Shown: piece after piece, positions 8,099-16,978 of the stretch
How the letters are laid out: each line of letters starts with the position of its first letter
Numbering within the stretch: the first letter of the stretch is position 1
IMG/VR virus record: IMGVR_UViG_3300044645_001738
Coordinates: 1 to 64,000 of that record
From: a virus
Taxonomy: Duplodnaviria; Caudoviricetes
Reading direction: 5' to 3' (one strand)
DNA length: 64,000 bases
The notes under the pieces: generated by a model
Told to the model about the DNA's origin: nothing
Seen by the model: the letters and a program-made list of their open reading frames with translations, nothing else
Databases searched by the model: none
Translations under genes and position numbers: made by a program

Positions 8099-8291
8099 AA
8101 ACAAATCACCAATTAACTTTGACAAGACAATCGCTGGCTTTAACATAACTGAGCACGGCGTTAAGTCTTATACCAAGTCAATTAAACTTGGTCCGTTCCA
8201 GGTTACACTTAATGCTCGTGGCTCTGGTGTCAGAGGATCTATTAGTATCCCCGGCACAGGCTTGAGCAAACGTAACATCCAACTGTTCTAA
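8091..8291 (+). CDS. DUF4236-like protein
   Basis: KSIKLGPFQVTLN...SISIPGTGLS motif. Confidence 0.6.
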   Translation: MTKNKSPINFDKTIAGFNITEHGVKSYTKSIKLGPFQVTLNARGSGVRGSISIPGTGLSKRNIQLF

Positions 8292-8293
8292 TA

Positions 8294-8328
8294 GCTGGGC
8301 ATCACCACTAGGGTGTGTAAGTCCCAGT
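8294..8328 (+). ncRNA. GTGTAAGTC bulged-hairpin motif, copy 2
   Basis: GCTGGG-CATC-ACC-ACTAG-GGT-GTGTAAGTC-CCAGT. Confidence 0.5.
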
Positions 8329-8524
8329 ACCCACCTCGCTCTCAACTCAACATGGATTCACTCACACTATTTGATCGCATCAATCTTGCAAAGTGTGCAC
8401 AGTTGCGTGCTGAAACCAACGTCCTTAACAACGACGTATTTATGGGAGAGTATTACACTGCACGCATGTGGACTAAGTACCGGTGTTACATCACCAAAAC
8501 TGTTTCATTCGTGGAGTCTGACTG

Positions 8525-8773
8525 ATGTCTGTCCTTGCAATCGAATCAACCGTCATCGATGATGACTATGTCACAGTTGAAGCAATTGTTGATGACATGC
8601 GTTGCATTTATGCAGCGACTTACTCAAGCCCTGCTGAATACGCTCCGGCACTTTGCCGAGCTAGCTTCTTCTTGGGTGATGACACCATCCCTACTGATGA
8701 AGATGGCTTCTGCCGTTATCTTGACGCATGCCAGCTTGAGTGGGAACCCATTGATCTAGGTAACGACGAATGA
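8525..8773 (+). CDS. Hypothetical cyanophage protein
   Basis: VEAIVDDM...PAEYAPALCRASF, acidic, coupled start. Confidence 0.65.
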   Translation: MSVLAIESTVIDDDYVTVEAIVDDMRCIYAATYSSPAEYAPALCRASFFLGDDTIPTDEDGFCRYLDACQLEWEPIDLGNDE

Positions 8774-8947
8774 TTGGATTCTCCATCGAATTTAAACGCT
8801 GGTACATCACAGTGCGTGGTCCCATGGGCAGGGTATATCTCTGCACTGGGTTTGCCAAACGCCTGCCAGTGTTTGTGTCACCGCAACAATCAATTGCATT
8901 TGATGACGACATCACTGATGATGAAGACTATGGTGTAAGGTAACACC

Positions 8948-8975
8948 ACGTCCTGAGCATGACGTTAAACTGCTC
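8948..8975 (+). ncRNA. Repeated pseudoknot element, copy 2
   Basis: ACGTC-CT-GAGCA-T-GACGT-TAAAC-TGCTC. Confidence 0.7.
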
Positions 8976-9000
8976 ATCATTTTAATTCAATTGCACACAC

Positions 9001-9873
9001 ATGGACTTCAAAAGTATTAATGATGCTTTCGATATTGATAAAGTGAGGCACCGCGCTGCCATGCATTATCAAAAGTACAAGTCACCTTCAGGTTACCCAA
9101 ACTGGTTAAAGATACTTGACAAAGTTGATATAGCTCATAACGTAATTCATGAAGTCCAAAAGGAAATTGGTAGCTTTGGATTGACACGAGAGTTATCTCA
9201 AGAAGAGAATGCTGCCTTGGTTGTTACAGGCGCTATTGCATCATTGTCTCCACCCATTTGCGTACATGAAAACATAATAGAAGCGCTTGCAAATACAGAT
9301 GTTAAGCCAATGGAAACACCTGAATATGCATTGCCGTTCTTTATATTTCTTTTGCCAAAAGATTTCAAGTTTACAACTAAACTACCTGACTACCAAGGTT
9401 TTGATTTAAATTTTTATGTAGCATTTGCTGCATGTATTCCTGACTGTGTGAAAGTAACTTACATAAGTGAAACTACTGTTTGTTATGGTTCATACCAATG
9501 GACTGAAATCATTACAGAAAAAGATGGAGCCAAAGAAGAAGATTACATCCTGGAAAAGTTCATGAAAAATTTGATACTTATGTATATGTATGAGCCCAAG
9601 TATTTGACAGAGGAAACCATCAAGCTACCCACAAAAGGCAAAGGCTTTGGTTCTAGTGAAAAAGATAAGCCATTCCAAATGCGTTGGCTAGGTAAAAACT
9701 ATAAGCAAGTACGACAAACAGTTGTATGCAAAGACAATATTGTTGATCCAGATAACAAACGATCTGTCCGAGCACATTGGCGTCGTGGACATTGGCACAC
9801 AGTATGCCATGGTCCCAAACACAAACAACGCAAGCAACAGTGGTTTAAACCTGTGTTTGTTAATCAGGATTAA
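9001..9873 (+). CDS. Hypothetical phage protein with C-terminal HWRRGHW motif
   Basis: 290 aa, VRAHWRRGHWH...WFKPVFVN; flanked by identical 34-bp repeats. Confidence 0.75.
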   Translation: MDFKSINDAFDIDKVRHRAAMHYQKYKSPSGYPNWLKILDKVDIAHNVIHEVQKEIGSFGLTRELSQEENAALVVTGAIASLSPPICVHENIIEALANTDVKPMETPEYALPFFIFLLPKDFKFTTKLPDYQGFDLNFYVAFAACIPDCVKVTYISETTVCYGSYQWTEIITEKDGAKEEDYILEKFMKNLILMYMYEPKYLTEETIKLPTKGKGFGSSEKDKPFQMRWLGKNYKQVRQTVVCKDNIVDPDNKRSVRAHWRRGHWHTVCHGPKHKQRKQQWFKPVFVNQD

Positions 9874-9877
9874 CACC

Positions 9878-9905
9878 ACGTCCTGAGCATGACGTTAAAC
9901 TGCTT
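9878..9905 (+). ncRNA. Repeated pseudoknot element, copy 3
   Basis: ACGTC-CT-GAGCA-T-GACGT-TAAAC-TGCTT. Confidence 0.7.
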
Positions 9906-9933
9906 ACATTACGAACTTAACTCTGAACTCACC

Positions 9934-11673
9934 ATGGAATTTCGTCTTCCGACCAACCTTCAGAACGAACTTATCCCTTACGATCCAACGCTCAAGAAGT
10001 TGGCACGTACTGAGAAGCAAGGCAAGGCAGGTACCAAGAAATCTAAATATCCACTTGGCAATCCACCACGGTTGATGCCATTGGATGTCGTAAGAGAATC
10101 ACTGCAGCAAGAAGCAATTGATGTTATCAATAGAGTAACTGCTTGTGATAGGCACCATGAATTCAAGTTGCCTGTCGGTAACATCCCCAACGTAGAGTAC
10201 GTTGTCCATGCAGTGATGTACCACTACGAAGGCGTATGGGTAGCAGCATGGCTGCCACCTAAAGGCAAGGAGAATGACTATGTATATGGTTACACTTACT
10301 GCTTTAAGGACACAGCCGCTACTCGTAAGATGCTGGATTGCCAGGTTAAAAATAACCTGGAAAAATACACCGTATCAGAAATTGGTCGTTCTGTTTATTA
10401 CTACAGAACTGAACTGGTTACCAAGCAAAACATCATTGATGGTAATGATCGTCCTTGCTGGATGTATAGCTACGTTGGTGGCTACGCCCAAAAATCTAAG
10501 AACATTGCATCAATGCTTGGACGCTTTAGGGATGCACTTAAGAAAACAATTCCAACCTGGTCAGACGGTCGCGGTATCTTTGATCGCATCAAAACTTCTC
10601 GTACCCTATACAGCTTGCTTAGTGAAGATCGTGATTTGGATAGTACCTATTGGATCAAATACAAAAAAGATTTTAAGCAGACTAAACAACAATGGTCTGC
10701 ATCAGTTGCGTCTTTGTTCCACCTAATTGATTACCATGTAAATGTCTCTCGCTATAATCCGTTTAGCGAATTTGTACGCGTTCGTCATATACTTGATAAA
10801 CCATTCTTCCGCAAGTGGATCCAAGATAAATGTAATGAGATCAATACAAAGTACCAAGATGAATCAGTAGACACTATGGCTACAATCCGCAGGCCTTGGT
10901 TGTTAATCAAAGAGTTTGTTAAGGGTATTCATTATGTCCATTCAATCTGGGGTGATGCAGTTCCATTGGATTACTACCAGTCAAACATTGATAACTTAAT
11001 GGGCGTTAAAACCTGGAGCCCTGTACCAACAATTGTTCTTCCATGGCTAACTGAACATATGCCAGTTGCTTCATTCTTTCAAATGCGTAGCAAATACTAC
11101 CTGGAACAGAAGGCTGCTCCACAACGTAGTTATGACTATGAAGAAAGGCTTGGTATGTCTCAGTACCGATTCCGTGAATGGGAAGATACATGCAGCATGC
11201 TTAATCAAATCCTCAATAATGACAAAACAATTGATCCGCCAAAGCGTTGGCGTATCACTGAACTCCATGACCATGTGCAAGCAGAAGCATGGAAGATCCA
11301 GAATCCCAATCACAAACTTCCACAAGATCTATTCCCTGCACCAATCAAGGTGCAGCACGCTGATCAGAACTGGTCATTCTTCCAGCCATTTGACACTCAT
11401 CAATTGGCACAGTGGGGCCAAGCCGTACGTAACTGCGTAGGTAATGCCAGCAGTTATGCCGAAGGTGTACGCAAGAAACAACACTTTATTGTGTTGTGTA
11501 TGGTCGATGGTGCACCACGCTTTACCATCCAACTTGAAGTCAACATGGGACTCATGAGTGTCAAACAGATTGTTGGAATGCACAACTCCAGGCTGACGGA
11601 GGCAGACCGTGATCTGTACTCAGCAGCTTTCCGTCAGGCCTTGCAATCCCGCGAGGAACAGCTTAAGATCTGA
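9934..11673 (+). CDS. PcfJ-like domain protein
   Basis: C-terminal ELHDH...LAQWGQAVRNCVG..Y...RFTIQL...QIVGMHN pattern. Confidence 0.7.
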   Translation: MEFRLPTNLQNELIPYDPTLKKLARTEKQGKAGTKKSKYPLGNPPRLMPLDVVRESLQQEAIDVINRVTACDRHHEFKLPVGNIPNVEYVVHAVMYHYEGVWVAAWLPPKGKENDYVYGYTYCFKDTAATRKMLDCQVKNNLEKYTVSEIGRSVYYYRTELVTKQNIIDGNDRPCWMYSYVGGYAQKSKNIASMLGRFRDALKKTIPTWSDGRGIFDRIKTSRTLYSLLSEDRDLDSTYWIKYKKDFKQTKQQWSASVASLFHLIDYHVNVSRYNPFSEFVRVRHILDKPFFRKWIQDKCNEINTKYQDESVDTMATIRRPWLLIKEFVKGIHYVHSIWGDAVPLDYYQSNIDNLMGVKTWSPVPTIVLPWLTEHMPVASFFQMRSKYYLEQKAAPQRSYDYEERLGMSQYRFREWEDTCSMLNQILNNDKTIDPPKRWRITELHDHVQAEAWKIQNPNHKLPQDLFPAPIKVQHADQNWSFFQPFDTHQLAQWGQAVRNCVGNASSYAEGVRKKQHFIVLCMVDGAPRFTIQLEVNMGLMSVKQIVGMHNSRLTEADRDLYSAAFRQALQSREEQLKI

Positions 11674-11892
11674 TTGCTGAAGCCACAGCAGGGCCATCGT
11701 ATTCTCGTTATAGGTGGCCCTTTCTCTAATGCCTGATTACACTGACGATCAACTACTTGCCATGGCAATGGCAAACCTTGGTGAATACATCCATGACAAC
11801 TCACCACATTACATTCTGATTGAAGAAGATCCTCGCAATGAGGATGACTACGACACGTGGAGTTATGGTACTGAGCCATTACCACGTGATCA

Positions 11893-11936
11893 CACTTGGC
11901 AGCACACATCAGTTGATGTGAGTGTAAGTCCAAGTG
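11893..11936 (+). ncRNA. GTGTAAGTC bulged-hairpin motif, copy 3 (abuts tRNA)
   Basis: CACTTGG-CAGCAC-ACATC-AGTT-GATGT-GA-GTGTAAGT-CCAAGTG. Confidence 0.5.
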
Positions 11937-11938
11937 AT

Positions 11939-12024
11939 GGGGACATGGCGGAATAGGTAGACGCAACGGACTTAAAATCCGTAGGCCATTGGCTGTGAGA
12001 GTTCAAGTCTCTCTGTCCCTACCA
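11939..12024 (+). tRNA. trnL: tRNA-Leu(TAA)
   Basis: GGGGACA/TGTCCCT acceptor, ACGGA-CTTAAAA-TCCGT anticodon arm, long variable arm, GAGAG-TTCAAGT-CTCTC T-arm, encoded ACCA. Confidence 0.95.
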
Positions 12025-12046
12025 ACAAACACACCAGCTCAACACC

Positions 12047-12409
12047 ATGTCAATCTTTGCTTGCTTTAAGTACATCATCCCTGAGTTTCATGCATTCAGT
12101 GATGACGACAATCGTTACAACCTTGGTGCAACATGGACTGCACAAGATGGACTCAAGGATTATCACAACCTTGAACTAAGGTATGTCCATAACTCAGAGC
12201 GGCTTGCGCTCCAGGGGGATCCACAGCCTGATGGATCATGGCGTTACGTGGAAGCCAATGGCTCTGTTCATACCATATCACCTGAACGTGCCAAGCATTT
12301 CATGGAGCAGACTCATCAGCATGCCACGATCATGTGTGCCATGCTCGACAAGCTTAAAGAGTCAGGGGTTATGAACGAACCACTGGACACCCAAGCCAGC
12401 CCAGCTTAA
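12047..12409 (+). CDS. Hypothetical protein
   Basis: 120-aa ATG ORF with C/A-rich leader. Confidence 0.65.
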   Translation: MSIFACFKYIIPEFHAFSDDDNRYNLGATWTAQDGLKDYHNLELRYVHNSERLALQGDPQPDGSWRYVEANGSVHTISPERAKHFMEQTHQHATIMCAMLDKLKESGVMNEPLDTQASPA

Positions 12410-12459
12410 ACTCAGTACCTACTCACTACCCTCCGTTACTAACAGCGGAGGGTTTACTC

Positions 12460-12804
12460 ATGGACACACAACTTTCAAATGATTACATTGACCTTGACCT
12501 TGTTGACAAGGTGCTTGCATTAGTACCAGAGCAGGCATGGTCTTTAGTATTGACCGCTATTGTTAGCGGCATTGTTGATGAGATGCCATCGACTGTGCTC
12601 CAGGAATTGACTGGAGATGTAGAGGGGTTTGATCGTGCCGAAGAAATCTTAAATTCGTATTACAGTGGCATAGATCAACGTCATGCTTTAATCCAAGATG
12701 CATTCAAACTTATTGGCACAGAAAATACATTGCATCTTTTGGATGCAATGCAATTAAACAAGTATGTTGAATCTCTCGAACTTAACACTGAAACCAATGA
12801 CTGA
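12460..12804 (+). CDS. Hypothetical protein
   Basis: 114-aa ORF coupled to family B gene. Confidence 0.65.
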   Translation: MDTQLSNDYIDLDLVDKVLALVPEQAWSLVLTAIVSGIVDEMPSTVLQELTGDVEGFDRAEEILNSYYSGIDQRHALIQDAFKLIGTENTLHLLDAMQLNKYVESLELNTETND

Positions 12805-13063
12805 ACCTCTCTCCCCCGCCGCCAGGGCGGTGCTGGATGCCTTCACCGAGGACCATTTTCTCCACGACTGGAAGCACAACCACTACAACACTGACGCTCT
12901 CGCCGCCGCCCTCCGCGCCGCTGCTGATCAGGTGGTGCCGGAGCCTCCGATGATCGTTGAAGGTGGTCGCACTTATGAGGAAGCGTGGACCGCCACCGTC
13001 CATGGCGACATTCGCCGCCAATTCCTTGCCATCGCCGCCGAGCTGGAGGCCCTCAATGACTGA
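12797..13063 (+). CDS. Mosaic small protein, family B
   Basis: MTEPLSPAARAVL...AAALRAAADQVVPE...FLAIAAELE. Confidence 0.8.
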   Translation: MTEPLSPAARAVLDAFTEDHFLHDWKHNHYNTDALAAALRAAADQVVPEPPMIVEGGRTYEEAWTATVHGDIRRQFLAIAAELEALND

Positions 13064-13553
13064 CTTTCGTGCGCTGTGCGCTGAGCTGTTGAGCGAAATA
13101 CAGGCTTTGCGGCGAGCAGTGGCCGATGAAGTGGGGTGTTCATCACCCGAGCCTTCGGTCATCACCCGCGCCCGCGCCGCACTGGCCCAGCCCGAGCCGC
13201 AGGGGCCGAGTGATGAGGAGCTGTTGCGCATCTACCGAGTAGCAAGATATTGTTACCAAGTCGAAGAGTACAAAAGAGAGTTGGACTTCGCCCGCGCCGT
13301 CTTAGCCCGCTGGGGCCGCCCCGCCATCGAGCCGGTGCCTAAGCAGGAGGACATTCACTACGCCTGGGAACTGCATGATGCCGAGGGTGAGTGGCAGGCT
13401 GGTGGGTCAGCCAACAGCTTGGAGGATGTTCAACGAGAAGGCAATCGCTACCTGCAGACCTACTCGCAAGATGGCCCCCACAAGTTGATCATTGAGCGGC
13501 ACTGCGTAACAACCATCGAGCCGGTGCCTGGGGTGGAGGGTGCCGATGGCTGA
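13056..13553 (+). CDS. Mosaic small protein, family C, with in-frame insert
   Basis: MTDFRALCAEL...RARAALAQPEPQGPS...LARWGRPAIEPVP...IEPVP. Confidence 0.8.
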   Translation: MTDFRALCAELLSEIQALRRAVADEVGCSSPEPSVITRARAALAQPEPQGPSDEELLRIYRVARYCYQVEEYKRELDFARAVLARWGRPAIEPVPKQEDIHYAWELHDAEGEWQAGGSANSLEDVQREGNRYLQTYSQDGPHKLIIERHCVTTIEPVPGVEGADG

Positions 13554-13658
13554 CGCCCTGCTCACCCTCGCCCTGCTGCTCGCCCTCGGCGCAGCGGTTG
13601 AACTAAGTGTGAAAGTAATCTTTGTTAAGTTACTACCGCTGTTACTTAGGTTGCATTA

Positions 13659-14006
13659 ATGAAGTGTCGTCAATGTAATAGCAAGAACACACGTGTTACT
13701 TGCACTGATCACTTTGATACATTCACTAAGCGTTACTGCCGATGTCTTGATTGCAATTTAAAGTTTCGAACTGTTGAATACTATGAAGAACGTAAGCCCG
13801 GTCCCCCGCCTGGCACACCAAGAACACGTAACATAACGCGTGGTGAGTCCCATGGTTGTGCAGTGTTTCAAGAGAAGGACATCCGTATGATGCGCACTCT
13901 CTACCAACAAGGCACAACCTTGGTATCCATCGCAATTAAATACGGGACAAGTTCTTCTTACGTGTCACGCATTGTCAACCACAAATCATGGAGCCACATT
14001 AAATGA
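13659..14006 (+). CDS. NrdR-like Zn-ribbon plus C-terminal HTH protein
   Basis: MKCRQC..NTRV......RYCRCLDCNLKFRTVE; C-terminal IAIKYGTSSSYVSRIV. Confidence 0.65.
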   Translation: MKCRQCNSKNTRVTCTDHFDTFTKRYCRCLDCNLKFRTVEYYEERKPGPPPGTPRTRNITRGESHGCAVFQEKDIRMMRTLYQQGTTLVSIAIKYGTSSSYVSRIVNHKSWSHIK

Positions 14007-14299
14007 CCAGTGCCAAGTACGACTTCAACATTGGTGATCGTGTTGCCGAACGTCCCAAGTCACATGGGTTGTTTGCTGTAAGTAAAGAAGCTGAGGAGAT
14101 TGTTAAACGTAATAGGTCTCAAAGGTATGGCACTATCGTTGGCTATGACACACAGCTAAACAAAAGTGGTAAGCGCATGAACATGTTGCTTGTGCAATGG
14201 GATCACCTCAAGTCCCCAATGAAACATGCAAGGTGTAGGATCTGTCCCATTGATCAGCTTGCTACATTGACAAAACAAATCATTGTGCCTGGGGAATGA
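14003..14299 (+). CDS. Hypothetical protein (SH3-like FNIGDRV start)
   Basis: ATGA-coupled on both sides. Confidence 0.65.
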   Translation: MTSAKYDFNIGDRVAERPKSHGLFAVSKEAEEIVKRNRSQRYGTIVGYDTQLNKSGKRMNMLLVQWDHLKSPMKHARCRICPIDQLATLTKQIIVPGE

Positions 14300-14952
14300 C
14301 CATGAACGTATCACTTGTTTGGGTCACGCCTCAAGCCGAAGAGTTGATCACACGCATGGCTCGGGTGTCAGCTCCAAAGAACCAAGGGAATATGGATACA
14401 GCACCTAAGTTGTTGCGCTATTTAATTACGCACCAACATTGGAGTCCATATGAAATGGCTAACATGTGTGTTGAAATCAACACAACACGTGCAATATCTG
14501 CACAGATTATTCGCCATCGTTCGTTTAGCTTTCAAGAATTCAGTCAGCGCTACGCTGATATCAATGAGCTTGGCTCAGCTGTTATCCCACACCTGCGTCG
14601 TCAAGACCACAGCAACAGACAAAATAGTATCGATGACTTGACATCGGAAGATGTTGCCAACTTCTATCGGCGCATCAGTCAACTCTTTGAGGATACTGAG
14701 CATCTCTATCGTGAGATGGTAAGTCAGGGCATTGCCAAAGAGTGCGCCAGGAACATCTTGCCGATGGGTACGCAGACTAAGATTTACATGAACGGTTCGC
14801 TCCGTTCGTGGATACATTACCTGCAGCTAAGAACTTCCAATGGAACCCAAGCAGAACACAAACAAATCGCAGAAGAAATCAAACGAATCTTCTGCGCACA
14901 ATTCCCAGTCATTGGAGAAGCTGTGTTCTCAGGAGATCCAGGGATTACCTGA
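14296..14952 (+). CDS. thyX: Flavin-dependent thymidylate synthase
   Basis: HWSPYE, QIIRHRSFSFQEFSQRY ThyX motif, KECARNILP. Confidence 0.97.
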   Translation: MTMNVSLVWVTPQAEELITRMARVSAPKNQGNMDTAPKLLRYLITHQHWSPYEMANMCVEINTTRAISAQIIRHRSFSFQEFSQRYADINELGSAVIPHLRRQDHSNRQNSIDDLTSEDVANFYRRISQLFEDTEHLYREMVSQGIAKECARNILPMGTQTKIYMNGSLRSWIHYLQLRTSNGTQAEHKQIAEEIKRIFCAQFPVIGEAVFSGDPGIT

Positions 14953-15167
14953 AGATTCTTTTGGTCAGCCTGTTGAATCAGACAACAACTTCAGCAGGTT
15001 GTTTTTTTAATTCTTTGATGGCACGTTTGGACTCTACATCCTTGCGTGTTTGTTTTTTCTTTTGGTTTGCCAGGTACACAAGCAGTGCTTGATCCATTAT
15101 TCTGTATCTGTTGTTACTGAAGTTTACTTCAATTGATGCACACCATGTTGTTCACTGTGTAACACAA

Positions 15168-15404
15168 ATGACACCAAACAAATACCAACGCAACGCACGT
15201 TTTAATTATTTGGCAAAGTATGATCACTTTGCTAAACCAGATGACTTCATTGAAGTAACCGAATGGTACAACGGTGAAGGCTTTGATGTACACCTCAGCA
15301 CCAGCGCTGGTGAACAGCGTATGTCATTTAGCTGGGGTGAGTACCAAGCATTGAAAGCAACTCTTGGTGACTGGGCTGAAAACAATCTGGAGGATGAAGA
15401 ATGA
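15168..15404 (+). CDS. Hypothetical protein
   Basis: From MTPNKYQR; FIEVTEWYNGEGFDV motif. Confidence 0.6.
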   Translation: MTPNKYQRNARFNYLAKYDHFAKPDDFIEVTEWYNGEGFDVHLSTSAGEQRMSFSWGEYQALKATLGDWAENNLEDEE

Positions 15405-15772
15405 CTAATCAAATTAATGGTGACAAGTTATTTGTCATTAATCCACACCCTGCCATCCCACCTTCTGATCAACTAAAGAAGTGGGAAGACAAATGGTTCG
15501 ATGAAGAAGAACATCCTGATGTTCTGTTAATCCAGGCGTTTCAAGCAGGCGCCGACCAGGAGCTGGAGGCGTGTGTGGAGTGGCTTGGTGATGCTCCTGT
15601 TGTATGGGACAACAATGGCGATCTTCATCCAGGTTCATATTTAAGAGATGCCCGTCGCCCTAAACCAAACTTGAAGGAGCAGGCGCTAACGGCATTGCTG
15701 CACCTTGACCAAGGACAACATAACGAGCGCTGCTTGATCATCCGCCGCGCCCTGGAGCAACTCGATGACTGA
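15401..15772 (+). CDS. Mosaic small protein, family A (variant N-terminus)
   Basis: GADQELEAC...LRDARRPKPNLKEQAL...IRRALEQLDD. Confidence 0.8.
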   Translation: MTNQINGDKLFVINPHPAIPPSDQLKKWEDKWFDEEEHPDVLLIQAFQAGADQELEACVEWLGDAPVVWDNNGDLHPGSYLRDARRPKPNLKEQALTALLHLDQGQHNERCLIIRRALEQLDD

Positions 15773-16007
15773 ACTTCTCTCCCCCGCCGCACAGGCGGTG
15801 CTGAGTGCCGCTAATGCTTTCGCAACTAATGCGTGGTCTGACGCCACTCACCAACGTTTTAGGTTTGGTGTAGCCGCTGCCCTGCGAGCTGCTGCGGATC
15901 AAAAAAGCGAGTCCGTCTGCACTGAAGAACACGGCAAAATTTCCGTCATTTTTACTGGCGACATCCTTTCTCTCGCCGCCGAGCTGGAGGGTGTGACCTC
16001 ACGGTGA
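15765..16007 (+). CDS. Mosaic small protein, family B
   Basis: MTELLSPAAQAVL...AAALRAAADQ...LAAELEG. Confidence 0.8.
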   Translation: MTELLSPAAQAVLSAANAFATNAWSDATHQRFRFGVAAALRAAADQKSESVCTEEHGKISVIFTGDILSLAAELEGVTSR

Positions 16008-16106
16008 TCAAGCCGCAAGGTCATTCGCTTGCTAGCCAGGGGAAGCAGCAGAAACCCTGACTCCCTCGGGGTTGACGCTGCTCTGCTACACCCCATATAA
16101 TCATAC

Positions 16107-16133
16107 ACGTCCTAAGCATGACGTTAAACTGCT
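16107..16133 (+). ncRNA. Repeated pseudoknot element, copy 4
   Basis: ACGTC-CT-AAGCA-T-GACGT-TAAAC-TGCT. Confidence 0.7.
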
Positions 16134-16154
16134 AGTCAACTCAACTCAACTACC

Positions 16155-16922
16155 ATGAAACTTCTCAAGTTTTCTACCGGCAACGGCAAGCTCAAGAATC
16201 GTTTGATCTTCTCGCTGCCAGCGGGATACGCCTGCCCTCACGCAGGTGTGTGTAAGACCATGGCCGATCGTGCCACTGGTTCCATCATTGATCTACCACA
16301 ACACAATGGCACAACAGCAGATGAGTTCCGCTGCTTTGCTGCCATGGCAGAAGTTAGGCCAAACGTACGGGAGGCACGCTGGCACAACTGGGATCTGTTG
16401 CGTGGTGTTATGTATGGCAATGGAAACCAAGCGTTGTTGTTGCGTGATCTAATTGACATGTCGCTCAGTATGCAACCACCAAAAGAACTGGTGCGTGTCC
16501 ACGAGTCAGGAGATTTCTGGACTGAGAACTATCTCAAGGCATGGCTGATGGTTGCCAAGCAACGCCCTAAGCAAAAGTTCTATGCCTATACCAAGTCTCT
16601 TGGGATGTGGTACAACCTTAAAGATCTGATACCATCCAACTTTTATCTCACCGCATCTTACGGTGGTACGTTGGATTACATGCTGCCCAAGTATCCAGAC
16701 GTTTACACACGCATTGCGTATGTGGTGTACACGGAAGAGGAAGCAGCAGAGCGTGGACTTGAGATCGATCACGACGATAGCCACTGCCTTGGTGATAAGC
16801 CATTCGCACTCTTGGTTCATGGGTCCCAGAGGGCTGGTACTCCTGCATCCCAAGCGTTGTCTCAACGCAAGAAGGATGGGAAGTTTGTTGGGTACGGTAA
16901 ATCAATGCAGAAGATATCCTGA
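16155..16922 (+). CDS. Gp88-like protein (Cys-containing, radical-SAM-like fold family)
   Basis: GNGKL, FSLPAGYACP..GVC, CFA, VRVHESGDF, FYAYTKS motifs. Confidence 0.75.
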   Translation: MKLLKFSTGNGKLKNRLIFSLPAGYACPHAGVCKTMADRATGSIIDLPQHNGTTADEFRCFAAMAEVRPNVREARWHNWDLLRGVMYGNGNQALLLRDLIDMSLSMQPPKELVRVHESGDFWTENYLKAWLMVAKQRPKQKFYAYTKSLGMWYNLKDLIPSNFYLTASYGGTLDYMLPKYPDVYTRIAYVVYTEEEAAERGLEIDHDDSHCLGDKPFALLVHGSQRAGTPASQALSQRKKDGKFVGYGKSMQKIS

Positions 16923-16978
16923 ATATCTTGCATTGACAAATAGGTCTGATAACATCTGACAGTTATCTTCTTGTTCAG

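Noticed and set aside
8948-8975. Pseudoknot repeat as a pistol ribozyme or preQ1-I riboswitch
   Set aside because: It shares P1 followed by TAAA only; pistol P2/P3 and catalytic region and the preQ1 loop consensus are absent.
11939-12024. tRNA-Leu as attP with excisionase-like HTH genes implying lysogeny
   Set aside because: No integrase recognised and no duplicated tRNA 3' end in the window.
6413-16007. Diversity-generating retroelement as source of variation
   Set aside because: No reverse transcriptase in the window; variable segments differ in length and are not A-specific variants of a template.
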